In this document: positions 38,649 to 53,208 of the stretch, piece by piece
Position numbering within the stretch: the first letter of the stretch is position 1
Layout: each line of letters starts with the position of its first letter
Source: the human T2T-CHM13v2.0 reference genome, Homo sapiens
Direction: 5' to 3' (one strand)
Length of the DNA stretch: 64,000 nt
NCBI RefSeq assembly: GCF_009914755.1
Contig: NC_060928.1
Notes under the pieces: model-generated
What the model was told of the DNA's origin: nothing
The model's database searches: none
Seen by the model: only the letters and a program-made list of their open reading frames with translations
Made by a program: the position numbers and the translations under genes

Positions 38649-38700
38649 GTCATTCCACATATTGAGTGATTTCTCTCTTCTATTCACTATTCTTCCACAG

Positions 38701-38778
38701 AGAGGGACCTGTAGTCATTACCTTCAAGGAACCTAAATCCTGGTGTCTTTATGGTTATGGGTGGCATATAATATACAG
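38701..38778 (+). other. Candidate spliced exon (78 nt), unverified
   Basis: Long pyrimidine tract tttctctcttctattcactattcttccacAG; donor CAG|GTAAGC. Confidence 0.35.
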
Positions 38779-39924
38779 GTAAGCCAATGTTACAGGATGT
38801 TGTGAGACTATTCCTGTTCTTCCATAATTAGCCACTAGGACCACGGCTGAAACCAAGAGGCACTGATTACCGCCTCACTCTAAAGAGAATTACTGAGTTT
38901 GTGCTCACTGCTGGGGCCAGATCTCTTTGCAGGGCTATGTTTGGCTTTACACAATGTGACCCTCTAGTCTGTACAAGGAGAGGAATGCAGAGGGAAAGAG
39001 ATTCACTGGAGTCTCTCGTCAGTGACCTGGTGGTGAATATATGGTAATGGGTAAATCCCACTTCACCTGATGAAGAAAAGGAGAAGGATGCACTTCATTC
39101 TTAGAATCTAAGCAGGAACAGGAAAGGGAAAATCTAGGAGAAAAGCTTACAAAGACTAAATGTCTTCAAGAAGGTGAGAGAAACTAATATTTGGTTTACT
39201 GTCAGCAGGCTGTTTGGGCGGCATTTTGCCAATATTAGCCCTATCCCTACGTGAGTAGGGGAAAGGGAATTGTGGTTGGACAACCGAGTTCTGAGAAAGG
39301 CAGTGATTGAGCAGCTGAACTCCATCCATTTGGTGGGTAAGGACCCCAGAGTATTCAAAGGATCAAATGGAATGTGACTGAAGAGTTATCTTGCCGATCT
39401 TACCCAGGAAGACTGTCCCCTAGGCAAGGGGACACCAAACACAAAGAGGCATGGGATAAGGATTTCAAGATGAGAGTTGGGCAGAACTGGAGTTTAATCC
39501 CCATGTCATGGTAAGGCCCTCTGAAATTCTCTCTATGCCTTTGAGAGACTCACCATTTAGATTCTGACTCCTAGAGTCCCTTAGTGGCCAGTCAACGTAA
39601 GTCAAGTTAGTAGCTACAGCCGTCAGGCACACGATTACACCGTGAACAGTGAAGTAAAAAAATGTCCTTTCTTTGCTTTCTTCCTCTAATCACCATCCCA
39701 GAGGCATGAAAACCTAGAAAAAAGAAAGTAGCTGTATAGCTTTCATTTATGTGTAAGATTGGTGTTTTGAAATTTTAATAACAAAAAAGACTAGAAAGTT
39801 GCCTATCTCCCCAGAATGTTTCTAGTGAATAGGAATAAGAAATAGGAAAAGTATATTCCATACAGTATAAGCAAATTTAAAAAATTGATTTTTTACCCTA
39901 CTGAATTGAGACTTGCCAATAACC

Positions 39925-40570
39925 AGTTATACAAATAAAGAGGGTAGTCCTGGGAGCTGAGTGCTATGAAAAAAATACAGGAAGAAAATGAAAGAGAAAT
40001 TAATGGGAAGGAGGGAAGAAGACTACAAGCTGCTTTGCGTTGGGTAGGCAGGGAAGACCTATTTCATTCAATGAAATTTTCCTGAGTTTTCCTGTGTTCT
40101 AGCCATTATTCTGGGCTCTGAGGATACATAGTAAACAAAGCAGATGAAAAATACAGTCATCAGAATTTTCTTTGAAGGTGTGAGACAGGAATAATATGGA
40201 GGCAGTCAAACAAAGATATGAAGCAAAAAAAGGAGAAAAAATTAGAACAAAGTTCCTAAGAAAGGAGCAAGCTTAGTATGTTGGAGTTTTGGGGAAAAGT
40301 TCAGTGGCTGCAACCTAATGACAGGAGAGAGTGGGAGAGGGTTGAAGGGGGCAGGCCAGGTGAGCTGAGCATGTGGACAAGTCAGAACTTCAGAGAGCAT
40401 GCTAACAAGTGGTGATTTTATTCTGGTGCAGTGAAAAACCTACTGGAGATTTTAAGTAGGAGAAATACATGATCTAATTGATAGTTTGAAAAAATTGCTC
40501 TGTGAAGGAGGGAATATAAAAAACAAGAGTAGAGACAAGGAGACAAGCTGTGGGGCTGTTACTATATTCC
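39925..40570 (-). mobile_element. L2 LINE remnants
   Basis: gagtgctatgaaaaaaa ... ttcattcaatgaaattttcctgag ... ctactggagattttaagtaggagaaatacatgatcta. Confidence 0.6.
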
Positions 40571-42825
40571 ATGCCATCTCATCCATTCTTTTTAGTAAGA
40601 ATAAATGCTGCTGGTCACCTTTTAGTGATTACTTTTTAAAATTTCAAAATATTCAGAGATGGGGATACTTTAATCTGAGGACATTAAAATATACAGCATT
40701 TTTATGCTTTGGTAGACCTAGAAAAAGTTTAATAGACTTAGGTAAGACTTACATTAAAGTGATTACTTTTGATTTAAAGGTAATAGCGTTCAGCTGAGAA
40801 TGGAAATAATTTTCACCTGGTTGGCAATATTTGCAATCACTTCTGAACCTTCAGTTTTATCCAGTTGAATAATAAAGGTCTAAAATTTCCTTCATTTGCT
40901 TTTGTCAGAGCAAGTTATGTTACCAATAATACCACCTACAAGAGAGAAGAGCCATGAGAAGTGTCAAGGACAATCTATGAGTAACTTAAGTGGAGGCTGA
41001 TATAACATATTCTCTAATATATGATGCCCTGATAGCATTTGACAAGACCATTTGGAAGAGACCCAGATGGAGACAACAATTCTAGTTAATATGCTCCATT
41101 GAGTGATGTTCATCAGCTGATTGTGTGAACTCAGGCTGAACTCTAGTCATAAAATTTGGAAAGAAGGCAGTTTGAGAAATGGTATATTCTTCACTGTGAA
41201 ATGATTGACCTGAGCATGAAATCAATTCTAAAAATAACTAAGGGGCAGATAAGTTCATGACCAAGCTTATAAAAATGAGAACCACTCAAAAGATCTCCAG
41301 TTTTATTCCTAAACCTATCTGTGCTGAAGAGCTTTTTGGATGCTTCGCACAGGACTGAAATTCTTGCCTCTAATTTGGACAATGACAGTTCTCTGTAATC
41401 CACAATTGAATGGTCACTGGAACATGTTAGACACGCAACATAGTCAAAGAATGCATAGATTAGGGTAACTATGTCAATTATAAGTAAAACCCCTGTAGAC
41501 TAATGTAACTCTATCTGTTAGGGAGATGTGTACTAGCAACTGTATTGTTGCTATATGTATATATGTATATATATGTATATATATATCTAGTTTTGAAAAA
41601 GTTAATGGCTTTTGTTATTGTCTCTTTAAAAATGTAATATAGTTTTGTTACAGAAAATTAAGAAGCTAGAAAAAAAGTATAAAGAAAAAGATGAAAATTA
41701 GCTATAATCCCAACAAGTGAAATTAAGCTCTATACATATCCTGGCATCTCCCCCATCCCACAAACCCCTCACCCACAGAAAGAACTTTTAATGTAGAACT
41801 GTCTGCAATCTTTTAAATATGCAACAAACACCATTCCTTGTCATCAGACCTACCAGATTTTATCATGGTGTGACTGTAATGTCTGAGGTTTCTGAAATAC
41901 TTTAGAATTTATACATTCAAAGCAGTCACCTTGAGAGGTAATAACATTCATTTATTCAAATGCAGATGCTGAACATAGCAGATTTGTGACAATCTCTTAC
42001 TGCTCACTTAGGGGAGGCATACAGCATATGGCCATGGCCTGCTCTATGTCCTGTTTTTAGGATGGGAGAAAAGAGACCTCAGACACTCCTCCTTCTGACT
42101 CCAAGGATAAGGCAGTCAGAATGTATCTGGTGTGTACTAGAAGAGGAAACATGCTGCACATTGGGACCCCAGGTCCTTTGGTTTTACCTGTCCTTTCTGA
42201 GGTGTGGGCATCCTGGGGTCCCTCAGAGATTTCTGACCCAGCCATCTCAGTAAGATCTGCTGTGTCCTGGAGGTGATGAGTGCTCTCCAGAGTTCATTTG
42301 AAAGTCAGGCCCTTCTCTATGTGCTCCTACCCCTGTGCCTGTCATTCTCTTTACTGTTGAGGAGGGACCTTAACTCCTGGCAGGCGAACTATAATTAAGA
42401 TCAATGGGTACTAAAGTAAGCCTATCAGAAATCTGGTTTTTGACAAAGATTTGAATAGAACTTGGTCCTTGCCCTCAAGGATCTCACAGTATGATAAACT
42501 TGTCTTTGCTTTTTAAATTACAGTGCCGTTTCAGCAGTCAGGCACCTTGGGTACTTGACTGAATCTTGTTCTTTTCCAATATATTTCACATGAGACTTCA
42601 TGTTATCCTGGACAACCACCTAATGAGAGTCTAGGCTGAAGTCTTCATTCCCCTTCTGCATGTGCTCTGCTGTTGGCTTTGTTCAGACCCTTCTTTCTTC
42701 TCATCTATCCTACTGTAATGGGCTTTACATTTTAAACATAACTTGAAATAACAAATCATGACTATAATACCTGCAAATGGTTTGTATTTTGTTTTATTTT
42801 TATTGAGAAGTAGAGAATACAGTAA

Positions 42826-43703
<878 letters not shown>

Positions 43704-43809
43704 GTGGTTACCAGAGGCTGCTGGGGTAGGGGAGATGGGGAAAGGAAACTTGTAAATATTTTTGAAATCAAAATTATAAGGAATTATAATAAAAATTATT
43801 AATGAACAT

Positions 43810-44050
43810 TAATTAATCACTAACAGTGCACCAAGCACCATTCTAAATGATTGGTAAGTATTAACTCAATCCTCACTATTGCTCTTTCAGAAGGTGGTAG
43901 TGTTATCGTCAGTACATTTTACAAATAAGAAAAGTCTCAGAGAGATTAATTAACTTGTCTAAGACCTCACAACTAGTAAGTGGCAAAACTTGGATTCACA
44001 CCCATGTTCTCTGGCCATAAAAACTATGTTTTTAACCACTATGATATTCT
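43810..44050 (-). mobile_element. MIR SINE
   Basis: gcaccaagcaccattctaaat ... cattttacaaataagaaaagtctcagagagattaattaacttgtctaagacctcacaactagtaagtggcaaaacttggattcacaccc. Confidence 0.8.
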
Positions 44051-44681
44051 GCAACAATTTTCTCTTCCAACCTCTCCCCGCTGTTCATCTTATGCTCTAG
44101 AAGCTAACACTCACACTGGCAGTCTTGGTGTTTTCCAGGTAGCTCATTCAATCTTGGGGGGAAACCTTATTGTACAAATCATCTTTTTGGCCCTTTCTAC
44201 TTCATCAGTCAGAATTCTTTCATTTGCTTTCAGCTTTCCAAATATTTATTGAATTTACTCATCTCTTGTTATTTTCCCTTCTGTTATTTTCATTTTGTTT
44301 TTATAATTTAGACGGAGTCTTAGAAAAGAGAGAATATAAACTCAAATGATCATCTGCCATCTTGATCTAAAAGGGGGATACTCCAGACGTAGAGGAGTAT
44401 GATTTACACTAGAGTCCATCAGGTGTGACTTGTGACCAGACTTAAGCCTGCTTTCCCAACCTTGTCTCCGACTTTTGAGCCCCATATGTTTTAATGTATG
44501 TTTCTAGTATATGCTTCACATTTCCCTGAGTCTGAGTGCCTCCCTCTAATCTCTAACGCTTTAAGTCCTCCTGAAAGCCATAGCTGAATATGATCTCTCT
44601 TCCTCAGCTCAACTGCTAGAGGACTGGTAGTACCTAACCAGTGGTGCGTATCATGTTTTCTCTTTTATTATAATAATTTCT

Positions 44682-44939
44682 GTTTTTTTTTTTTGAGACA
44701 GGGTCCCACTGGGTGGTCCAGGCTGGAGTTCAGTGGTGTAATCTCACCTTACTGCAACCTCTACTTCCCCAGCTCAGGTGATCTTTCCCACCTCAGCCTC
44801 CCACATAGCTGGGACTACGGGCATGCACCACAACACCTTGCTAATTTTTGTATTTGTAGTAGAGATGGGGTTTTGCCGTGTTGCCCAGCCTGGTCTCGAA
44901 CTCCTTGGCTCAATCGATCCTCCTGCTTCGGCCTCCCAA
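44682..44939 (-). mobile_element. Alu SINE (AluJ-like), 5'-truncated
   Basis: Poly-T then gagacagggtcccact ... ggctcaatcgatcctcctgcttcggcctcccaa. Confidence 0.9.
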
Positions 44940-45129
44940 GAAGCTTCTTATGAGTATTAGCAGATCCTTTTGCCGTGGAAAAAGAACATTCAGTTTGAAA
45001 TCAGGTGCTGTAACAAAATCGTGACCTATATGGCATTAGGTTAGTATATGGGTGTCAGGAGATAAAGAATTAGATAATAAATGCTAGAAAGCAGCCTATT
45101 TATGCTATGCTGAGGTAAGCTATTTAGTA

Positions 45130-46290
45130 AGTTTTGTCTACAATAACTTTGAAAAAATACTACGTATCTTCTGCATCTGTAGTTTAGGAGAGCTTAGAAA
45201 GAGCTCACATTTTAGTGTTTGTTGACTGTTACTGCTTTTAGCAATATTGTAAGAAAAAATGAGTTCAGGAAGGTATTGGCTGATTTTCCAGAAGAAATTA
45301 AAGCTATCAAAGTGTTAGAAAAGCCAAATACATCTAGTCCTAAAACTGTAGGAGATAAGACTGAAAAAGACTTAGAGGCAAAATACATATCAATGCTTGT
45401 CATTAACTGAAGGAACTCAGCCCTATGGCTAAGATCACAACGAGAATATAGTTTTCATCTTCGCCCATTATTTCACTAGCATCAAAGAAGCTGCCATTAA
45501 GTTAAAGGCAAGTGCTCAAAAAATAAAGAGATTTAAAACTATGTCTCTGAAATAACTTTGGGTGTAGTCAGGCAAATGGAGCTCAGTGAAATTGATTAGA
45601 AATCAGCAAATTGATTAGAAATCACAGGTTTCTAAGGGAATCGTATTGCCAAAGTAATCATGAGACTGACTTGAAAAGCCTTTGCCTATTTCCTCTCTAA
45701 AACAAACCTAGCATCGTAAGACAATGTGTTGCAAAATCTGAACAGCTTGCAGTGAGGGCACACTGCCTAACACTCACTTAAATGTGGCCATAGAATTAAA
45801 TGACCAAGGAAGTAACTTTCAAAGTGCAAAGCCAAGAGCCATGGTGAACAATGACATTTCTTCTACTTCCTGGGAAGGAGTCTTCACAATGTTTGCCCAG
45901 TGGATTCTATCATTGCCACGGACCTATGACTGATGTGTGTTTCACATTAATCTCTCTTTTGAATGGTAATTTTTATTGCCCATATCTTAGCCCAGCTCTA
46001 CCAATGTGTTTTGGGTATGGTAGTGGGCAGATTACTTTACTTTTCTTAGTTTATTGGTTTTCTGGCCATGGGAAACTGCATTTCAATCTAGTGAGAAAAC
46101 AGTACATGCCCCAAAATTCTTGGCTTTGAGCTACATGCTATCAGCTTAGATCCATAAATGATGATAGAAAGAATAATCACTTTCCCCACAGGCCTAGAGT
46201 AATATTCCTGTACCATTACCTGAGAAAGAAATAAACTTCTTGTGTGTAAACAAAATTATGCTTTGGGACTTAAATTGCCCTAGTTAATAC
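45130..46290 (+). mobile_element. Degraded MaLR internal region plus partial MLT1 LTR
   Basis: Degenerate MLT internal-like tracts (gcccagtggattctatcattgcc ... gactgatgtgtgtttc), ending in LTR-like gagaaagaaataaacttcttgtgtgtaa; boundaries approximate. Confidence 0.45.
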
Positions 46291-47127
46291 TGTATACAAT
46301 CAATTAGGTGGGATAAAGTAACAATAATCTCAGGCTGTGAAAATACTCAAAGTCAAGTGGGTAGCAGCAAATAGGCTGGGTAGGTGTGGAATCGGGAGCA
46401 CATCAAGGCTTGAGGATACAGCAAAGTATCTGCTTACAAGAATAGGGCTAGCCAAGTGGGCAGAAACCAGACAGAAGAGTTAGGTTTCAAGTCCAGTTTT
46501 TAATCCTGGTGGAGGAATTGTGGGGAAAGTCATTCCTAGAAATACAAAAACCAACATTGGTCACTTTGCTTTAAGAAACTTCAAATCATCAAGAAAACTA
46601 TTTTTACTTCCCTGTCTGCAGAATCCTTGAGAAAAAAACTCTAGGTCTGTTGTAGTTTTGATTTCAAAAGGAGTAAACTGGTCTATGACATAATCACTTT
46701 GGTGGACTCTATTCTAGACACAGTGAAGGAGTGAGATGTGAAGGTGCTCTGTCATTGCCTCAGTCAAGACTTTCATGGTACATTGGAAGAAAGAGAAGCG
46801 TGAACAAATTGCATGATACTTGAGGTCATGCTGTGTACCTGTATTGAACAAGAATAAGGGAAGAAAGCTGGGAACCTGGATCTCCCATATATTGGAAGTT
46901 TTGTAAAAACCTTGAGGTGAGTAAATAAAAACAAATTCTTAAAGGTTTTTCAAAAAACAATTGATTACATGGTTATCATGTTTTAGAGGATTCTGTTTAG
47001 CTTTAGAAGTGAAGAGCTATATGGGTCAGAGAATGTGGCAACTTATAAGTTCTATATCTTTTGCTCAGATGGTCCCAGTGAGAGATGAGGGCTTCATTTG
47101 CTTTTCTTTTAGGTTTTCTTTATAAGT

Positions 47128-47498
47128 TGTCTTAGTCCATTCTCACGCTGCCATAAAGAACTGCCTGAGACTGGGTAGTTTATAAAGGAAATAGGTTTAA
47201 TTGACTTACTGTTCCCCATGGCTGGGGAGGCTTCAGAAAACTTGCAGTCAAGGCAGAAGTCACCTCTTCACAGGGTGGCAGGAGAGAGAATGAGTGCCAA
47301 GCGAAGGGGTAAGCCACTTATAAAAGCATCAGATCTTGTGAGAACTCACTCACTATTATGAGAACAGCATGAGCAGCATGAGGGTAACCACCTTCATGAT
47401 TAAATTACCTCCCACAGGGTCCCTTCCACTACATATGGGGATTATGGGAACTGCAATTCAAGATGAGATTTGAGTGAGGACACAGCCAAACCACATGG
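47128..47498 (-). mobile_element. THE1D-like solo LTR
   Basis: tgtcttagtccattctcacgctgccataaag ... gacacagccaaaccacat; 5-bp TSD TAAGT at 47123-47127 and 47499-47503. Confidence 0.93.
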
Positions 47499-47794
47499 TA
47501 AGTCCTGGTGGGAACCGTGGTCATTGCTATATAGGATGACTATTACAGTTCTAGAAATAAACTCTTTCCTAGAGCAGACTTATTTTGAGGGAGAAACAAC
47601 AGAGGCACATTTTTCTGCCTTCTGTTGCTGGGAGTGCACTCTCTTGTTGCTTCCTCAGGTGCTAAAATGGAGAAGTAGCCCGATTTTTCAAACTAGGATT
47701 TGAATTATGAATTAAAACGTATTAATCTGATGAAGGATTATATACACACTTGCTCTTAATATTATGTCAAACTGATATATTTGACATATATATG

Positions 47795-47937
47795 TTTTTT
47801 AAATTTAATTATTAATTTATTTATTTACCTTAAGTTCCAGGATACATGTGCAGAATGTGCAGGTTTGTTACATAGGTATACATGTGCCATGGCGGTTTGC
47901 TGCCCATATCAACCCGTCATCTAGGTTTTAAGCCCCG
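47795..47937 (-). mobile_element. L1PA-type 3' terminal fragment
   Basis: ttaagttccaggatacatgtgcagaatgtgcaggtttgttacataggtatacatgtgccatggcggtttgctgcc. Confidence 0.9.
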
Positions 47938-48175
47938 TTTATATTTTTATTGAGGTAAAATATACATATATAATTTGCCATCTTTACCATTTTGCATATA
48001 CACTTCAGTGGTAATAAACACAATTGTGTTCTTTATTTTGCCTTCATCATCCCCTCCCCGCTCTCCTTCCCGTCCTCTGGTGATTACCAATCTACCCAAT
48101 CTACTTTCTGTCTTCATGAAGTCCACATGTTTAGCTCCTACATATGAGTGAGAACACGTGATATTTGTCTTTCTA
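47938..48175 (-). mobile_element. L1M-type 3' fragment
   Basis: tttattgaggtaaaatatacata ... ttagctcctacatatgagtgagaacacgtgatatttgtctttct. Confidence 0.8.
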
Positions 48176-50269
48176 ATATGTGTTAATATTAAAAAAAGTT
48201 TTAGAAACACTTCACATTTAAAAAGTGGAATCACATTCCTTCCAAGGTATACGAACTAAGTTGTCTTATTGTTGAGTTAGGAAACAGATATTTCTGGCGT
48301 TCCTTCCCTTTGAAACATTTCTCCTTCAGCTTTCAAGGCTTATTTCTGCAGAGTCACAGCACAGTTTAAACACACCCCAAAAAGCATGTTTCATGAGATA
48401 TGAACATGGGGCAATACCAAGATGTCTCTGGTCTTCAGTTTTGAAGTAGAGCTCTAGCTTAGAAATATTCAACAGCAACCAGGAATGTTAGTACTGCATT
48501 GTAAGTCCGTGGCACTATTTCTTGAACAAATACAAGAAGAAAGAAACTACTGAGTGTTGAAGTTTTTCTTTTTGAGCTTTAAAATTTATGCACTACATAT
48601 TTTTTTAGTTCAGAATAATCATACTATGTTTTCTATTTTTTCATTAAAAATTCATTTCTACACATATTTTCACTTGTAGACAAAGTGTACACGCACTTTT
48701 TAATTGGCTACATAATAGTCTATTTTGTTAATATGCTAATATGTAAATTATAACTGACACATAGACATTACTAAGTTAGTGAACATTTGGGTTATTTTCT
48801 TTTTGCTATTTGTTGATGCAATTAATATGTAAAGTCAATTACAAAATAATAATTTACACTTTTTTGTAATTTTACTGGAGCACATTCTTCAAAATGGAAA
48901 TACTGGGCCAAAAATATATAGACAAATTTGTGAATTTTGGAATATATTGCTCTATTGTTTCTGAGTCAATTTACAGTTACTAATAATGTATAAGTATTTT
49001 TTCCCATTATGCCTTATCTAAGTCATCAACAAATGCTTTTGCTACATTAATACTTCTATCTGTATAATGGTTGTATTAAGTAAACAAGACTCATAGAATT
49101 CAATTAGAAATAATTTGAGTCATGGCTCCTGTGTCCTTTTAAATGTCTTCTGTAGAACTGGTCCTTGCATTGTTCCTCTGCCCAAACATCCCATTACTCT
49201 TCTGGTCACCATTAGGTAATACAAATGGCTCTCCAGTTTGTAATTAAAATGTCTATACCAATGCAATAATCAACATTTCCATTCTGATTTAAAATTAATG
49301 TTTGTATTTCTTCTCTTCCCTGGATTCAGGAAAGGAATGATCTAGTCAACTTCTCCCCAACCCCAAACTGGAGCATTTATTCCTTTTCTTCCATCTTGCT
49401 ACTCAAAGTTTCTAAACCCTCCAGCACTGGAACACAGGAAGGAAAAAACTAGGTAAAGGAGTAGGAAAGTCCGACTAGACCAATATTTCACAGTGGTCCC
49501 ACATTTTCTCTTGGCAGAGTTTTACATTTGAACCTTCCTCTTATAGGTATTCTTGAGAGTTCTTCAGAATTTTCCCATCACTTGGGACTTTTCATCTGAT
49601 ATTCTCTTGGCTTGTATAAATCCATGTCTGTTTCAGTTGTTTGCCTGCATCCTTCTTCAGTCCCTCATGGGTAAACAAAGTATTAGATGTCTGGCAACAC
49701 TTCTGTTTTCTTTCTCTTAAAAGTTATTGGCCTCTCTAGGAAGTCATTTCCAACATGACAAAAGATAACTCACAGGAACATTTTTTTTTTTGCAGTTGGT
49801 GTGTATAGAGCCCACAGGAAACTCATTTTTTCACTGCCTCTTAAAACTGTAGGAATGCTTGTCATCCCTAGCTTTCCAGTATCTCCTTAATATACTTTCA
49901 GGGCAGGACTGGGGCCATTTTTTTGCCCTTTAGATATCTCAAGTAAGAGTCATAATTCTCTGACATTCCAAGGACACATTCAAGTTCTCCCAAGACCCTC
50001 TAGAGCTCTTGACAAAGTGAAGAGAGAACCTCCTCACCTCTCCTCCTTAGGAGAGACCTTGAAGACACACAAACAGCTCTCTACACTCCCTTTTGTTCAG
50101 TCACCAACTCCTTACACTTTTATTCTTTTACTGTTGGTGAGAGTTTTAGAATTGTACAATCTTTAGACATTTCCTTTGGAAATTCTGTATTAAGTCTTAT
50201 ATGTCAACCTGGAATGCAGTCTTTATTGGATATAAGGTGTCAGCCCGATCATCTATTTTGGTTTTCTAT

Positions 50270-50530
50270 TACTTTAGCTAAGACTCTTTCTATTATAAAT
50301 GACAAAAAGCCTAATTTAAAAAAACCAGCTTAAGCAAAGAGGGGATTTATTGACTCCCATAACTGAGAAGAGGTTTTGTCTGCTTAGGCACATCTGGATG
50401 CACAGCTCTTCGGGACCTAGCTCACTTTCTCATTCTTCCTCCATTCCTCTCCCTCTCTCCTCCAGCTGTCCTTCATGTGATGACTTTATGTTCAGACAGG
50501 TTATGCTGATGTATCCAGCCTAGTCTGCTT
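50270..50530 (-). mobile_element. Old MLT1 (J/K-like) LTR remnant
   Basis: aaatgacaaaaagcctaattt ... cagcttaagcaaagaggggatttattgactcccataactgagaag. Confidence 0.55.
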
Positions 50531-50921
50531 TCCATGTTAAAAATGATCCCAGGTGGTCTATATCACTTTCCAGTGTTCAAATTTGGAACCATACGCATAC
50601 TAAATTTGATAATCAGTCAGATGATGAGCACTCTCACCTTCCCTTTCTCATGATTTCCTGGCCTGGCTGTGATACCTATGCACAAGTATTTTACACCATT
50701 CTTACTCCAGGCTGCTCAGCCAGTTGTCAATTTTAAGATCCCTCATTCTATGGTCACACTTTTGACATTTTAAGTGTAGGTTTAAGAACAAATATTATCA
50801 TACCTCTTAATAATTAATTTCTTTTCATGGGTAAATAAGGTATTAGGAAATAATAAGTGTATTTTAAAAAATGAATAATCACAACTCAGGGTACAAAACT
50901 ATGACTGTATTTTTTCCATAA

Positions 50922-51236
<315 letters not shown>

Positions 51237-52830
51237 GGATTTATTTTCTATTTTGAGAACCCACCTGTTGTGTCTTTTGCAGACAAGTAATATAGTATCT
51301 TGCAGGTAAACTTATAAAACATAACTGTGCTTATCCTTTTATTTTTCTTTCTCTTGTATTAATTATGGCTTAACACTAAGCTCTACAGCTATATACAAAT
51401 TCAATATAAGCACTTTTACATTCTTTAAAGATAAATTAGGGCTAGTTCTGAAAAGCTGCTTATTTTCCCATACAAAAGCAGATTTTGTATAGAATCATGT
51501 TTGAGTCATCTTTTGCTGTAATATACCTCTTTCCATCAAAAAGCATTTGTGCGCTTCCTCCTTATGGATTAACCTTGGTTTAGTTTCTATGCAAAATTTA
51601 AAAAAATCCAGGGGCTTTAGTCTGAGGGAAACAGTTGTGGAGAATATCACTCTACACATTATATCAACATGTAAATAAACTAGACACTTTTCAGGTTTAA
51701 GAAGATACGGGAGAGAATTGCAAAAGTTGCACATGACTGCCATGAGGATTATCTCTCACTACATGAGAGTAAATTTTTTTCCTTTTGGACTGATATTAAT
51801 AGTTTCTTCTTGTTTTTCATTTTTCTGTATAAATATATAACTCTTGTGACATTTCTGCCAGGCAGTTATTCTAATCTTCATATTTCAGATAAAGAAACCA
51901 AAGTTATGTGAATAAATAGTGAGGATTCAAATCCTGGCTCCAAATCTGATTCTCTGTCCACATCACGCCAGACCAAACCTTTAAGAGGTCACTGTGTATC
52001 ATGCCATTTTAAATATTAATAAAGGCTTCATGAAATAAGAAGCAAATTTTGTTAAGCCTCTCAGGAGTTACAAAAATGAATTAAAGTTCTTGCTTTTAAT
52101 GAATCATAGTTAAGAAGGGTATGGAATTCAGATCATAGTAATGCTACAAAATATGCATAAGTGCTGTGAGGATTCAGAGGAGATGTTTACATCTAGATGC
52201 TGAAAGTGGGTTAGCAGTTGGCAATGCACATGCCCCCTAAATACAGCTGAGGGCATAAATGCATTAGAACTGGTTGACACAGTGAGAGGCCTATGCATCA
52301 CTTTGGGTCAAAGTATTTATTTATTTTTATTTAAATAACATTTGGCTTTTAGGAATTTCTTCTAAGAAATTTGCTACATTTGATAGGATATATGTTTAGA
52401 ATAAACCAGAAGGCTATTCTTCAATCACTATATATCAATATCACCAAAATACGCCTTTGTCCATGCTGTTCTTTGGCTCTCCGTTCAGAGTTGTTTTTGG
52501 AGTTAAATTTCTATTGCAAGAAAAGGTCATTCTTTCTTCACAATGCCTCTCAGCCTTCTCCATTCATTTTTTCCCTCATTTAGATCTTTTGCTCATAATG
52601 ACACAAGCAAACAACCAGGGCTGAAGAGTACAATTCCATAATCAGCATCACCAAACCTTCCCATCCCATCCCCAATTTTAAGAAATCCAACATGAGCCAT
52701 CCATGGGGTCATGGTATCTTCACAGGAAAGATTTCTTTATTACAATATTTTGCTGATTTAATTATAAAAATACAAGGGAAATGGTCATTTCTTCCCCCAC
52801 GAATACCAAATTTAACTATGAAAATTTCAT

Positions 52831-53208
52831 TGCTGATTCGAATGTCACCTCTGGAACCTTTGTTGAAATTTAATTGCCATTGTAACAGTGTTGGGAGGGG
52901 CCTTTAAGGTCACGATTAGGTCATGAGGACTCCATTCTCATAAATGTAGTAACGCCTTATAGAGGGAATGGGCTTCTGATGAAAGGATGTGTTTGGCTTC
53001 ATTTCCTCTCTCTTCATCTTACGCTTTTGCTTGCCTTGCTGCTTTGTTATCATGCAGTAAGAAGGTTCTCATCAGTTACAAGGCAGATGTCAGTGCCATG
53101 CCCTTCGCCTTCCCAGCCTCCAGAACTAGGAAGAAAATAAATTTCTTTTCTTTTTAAATTACCCAGTCTGTCGTATTCTGTTATAGTAGCAGAAAATTGG
53201 CTAAGACA
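52831..53208 (+). mobile_element. MSTD-like MaLR solo LTR
   Basis: tgctgattcgaatgtc ... aaattacccagtctgtcgtattctgttatagtagcagaaaattggctaagaca; 5-bp TSD TTCAT at 52826-52830 and 53209-53213. Confidence 0.9.
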
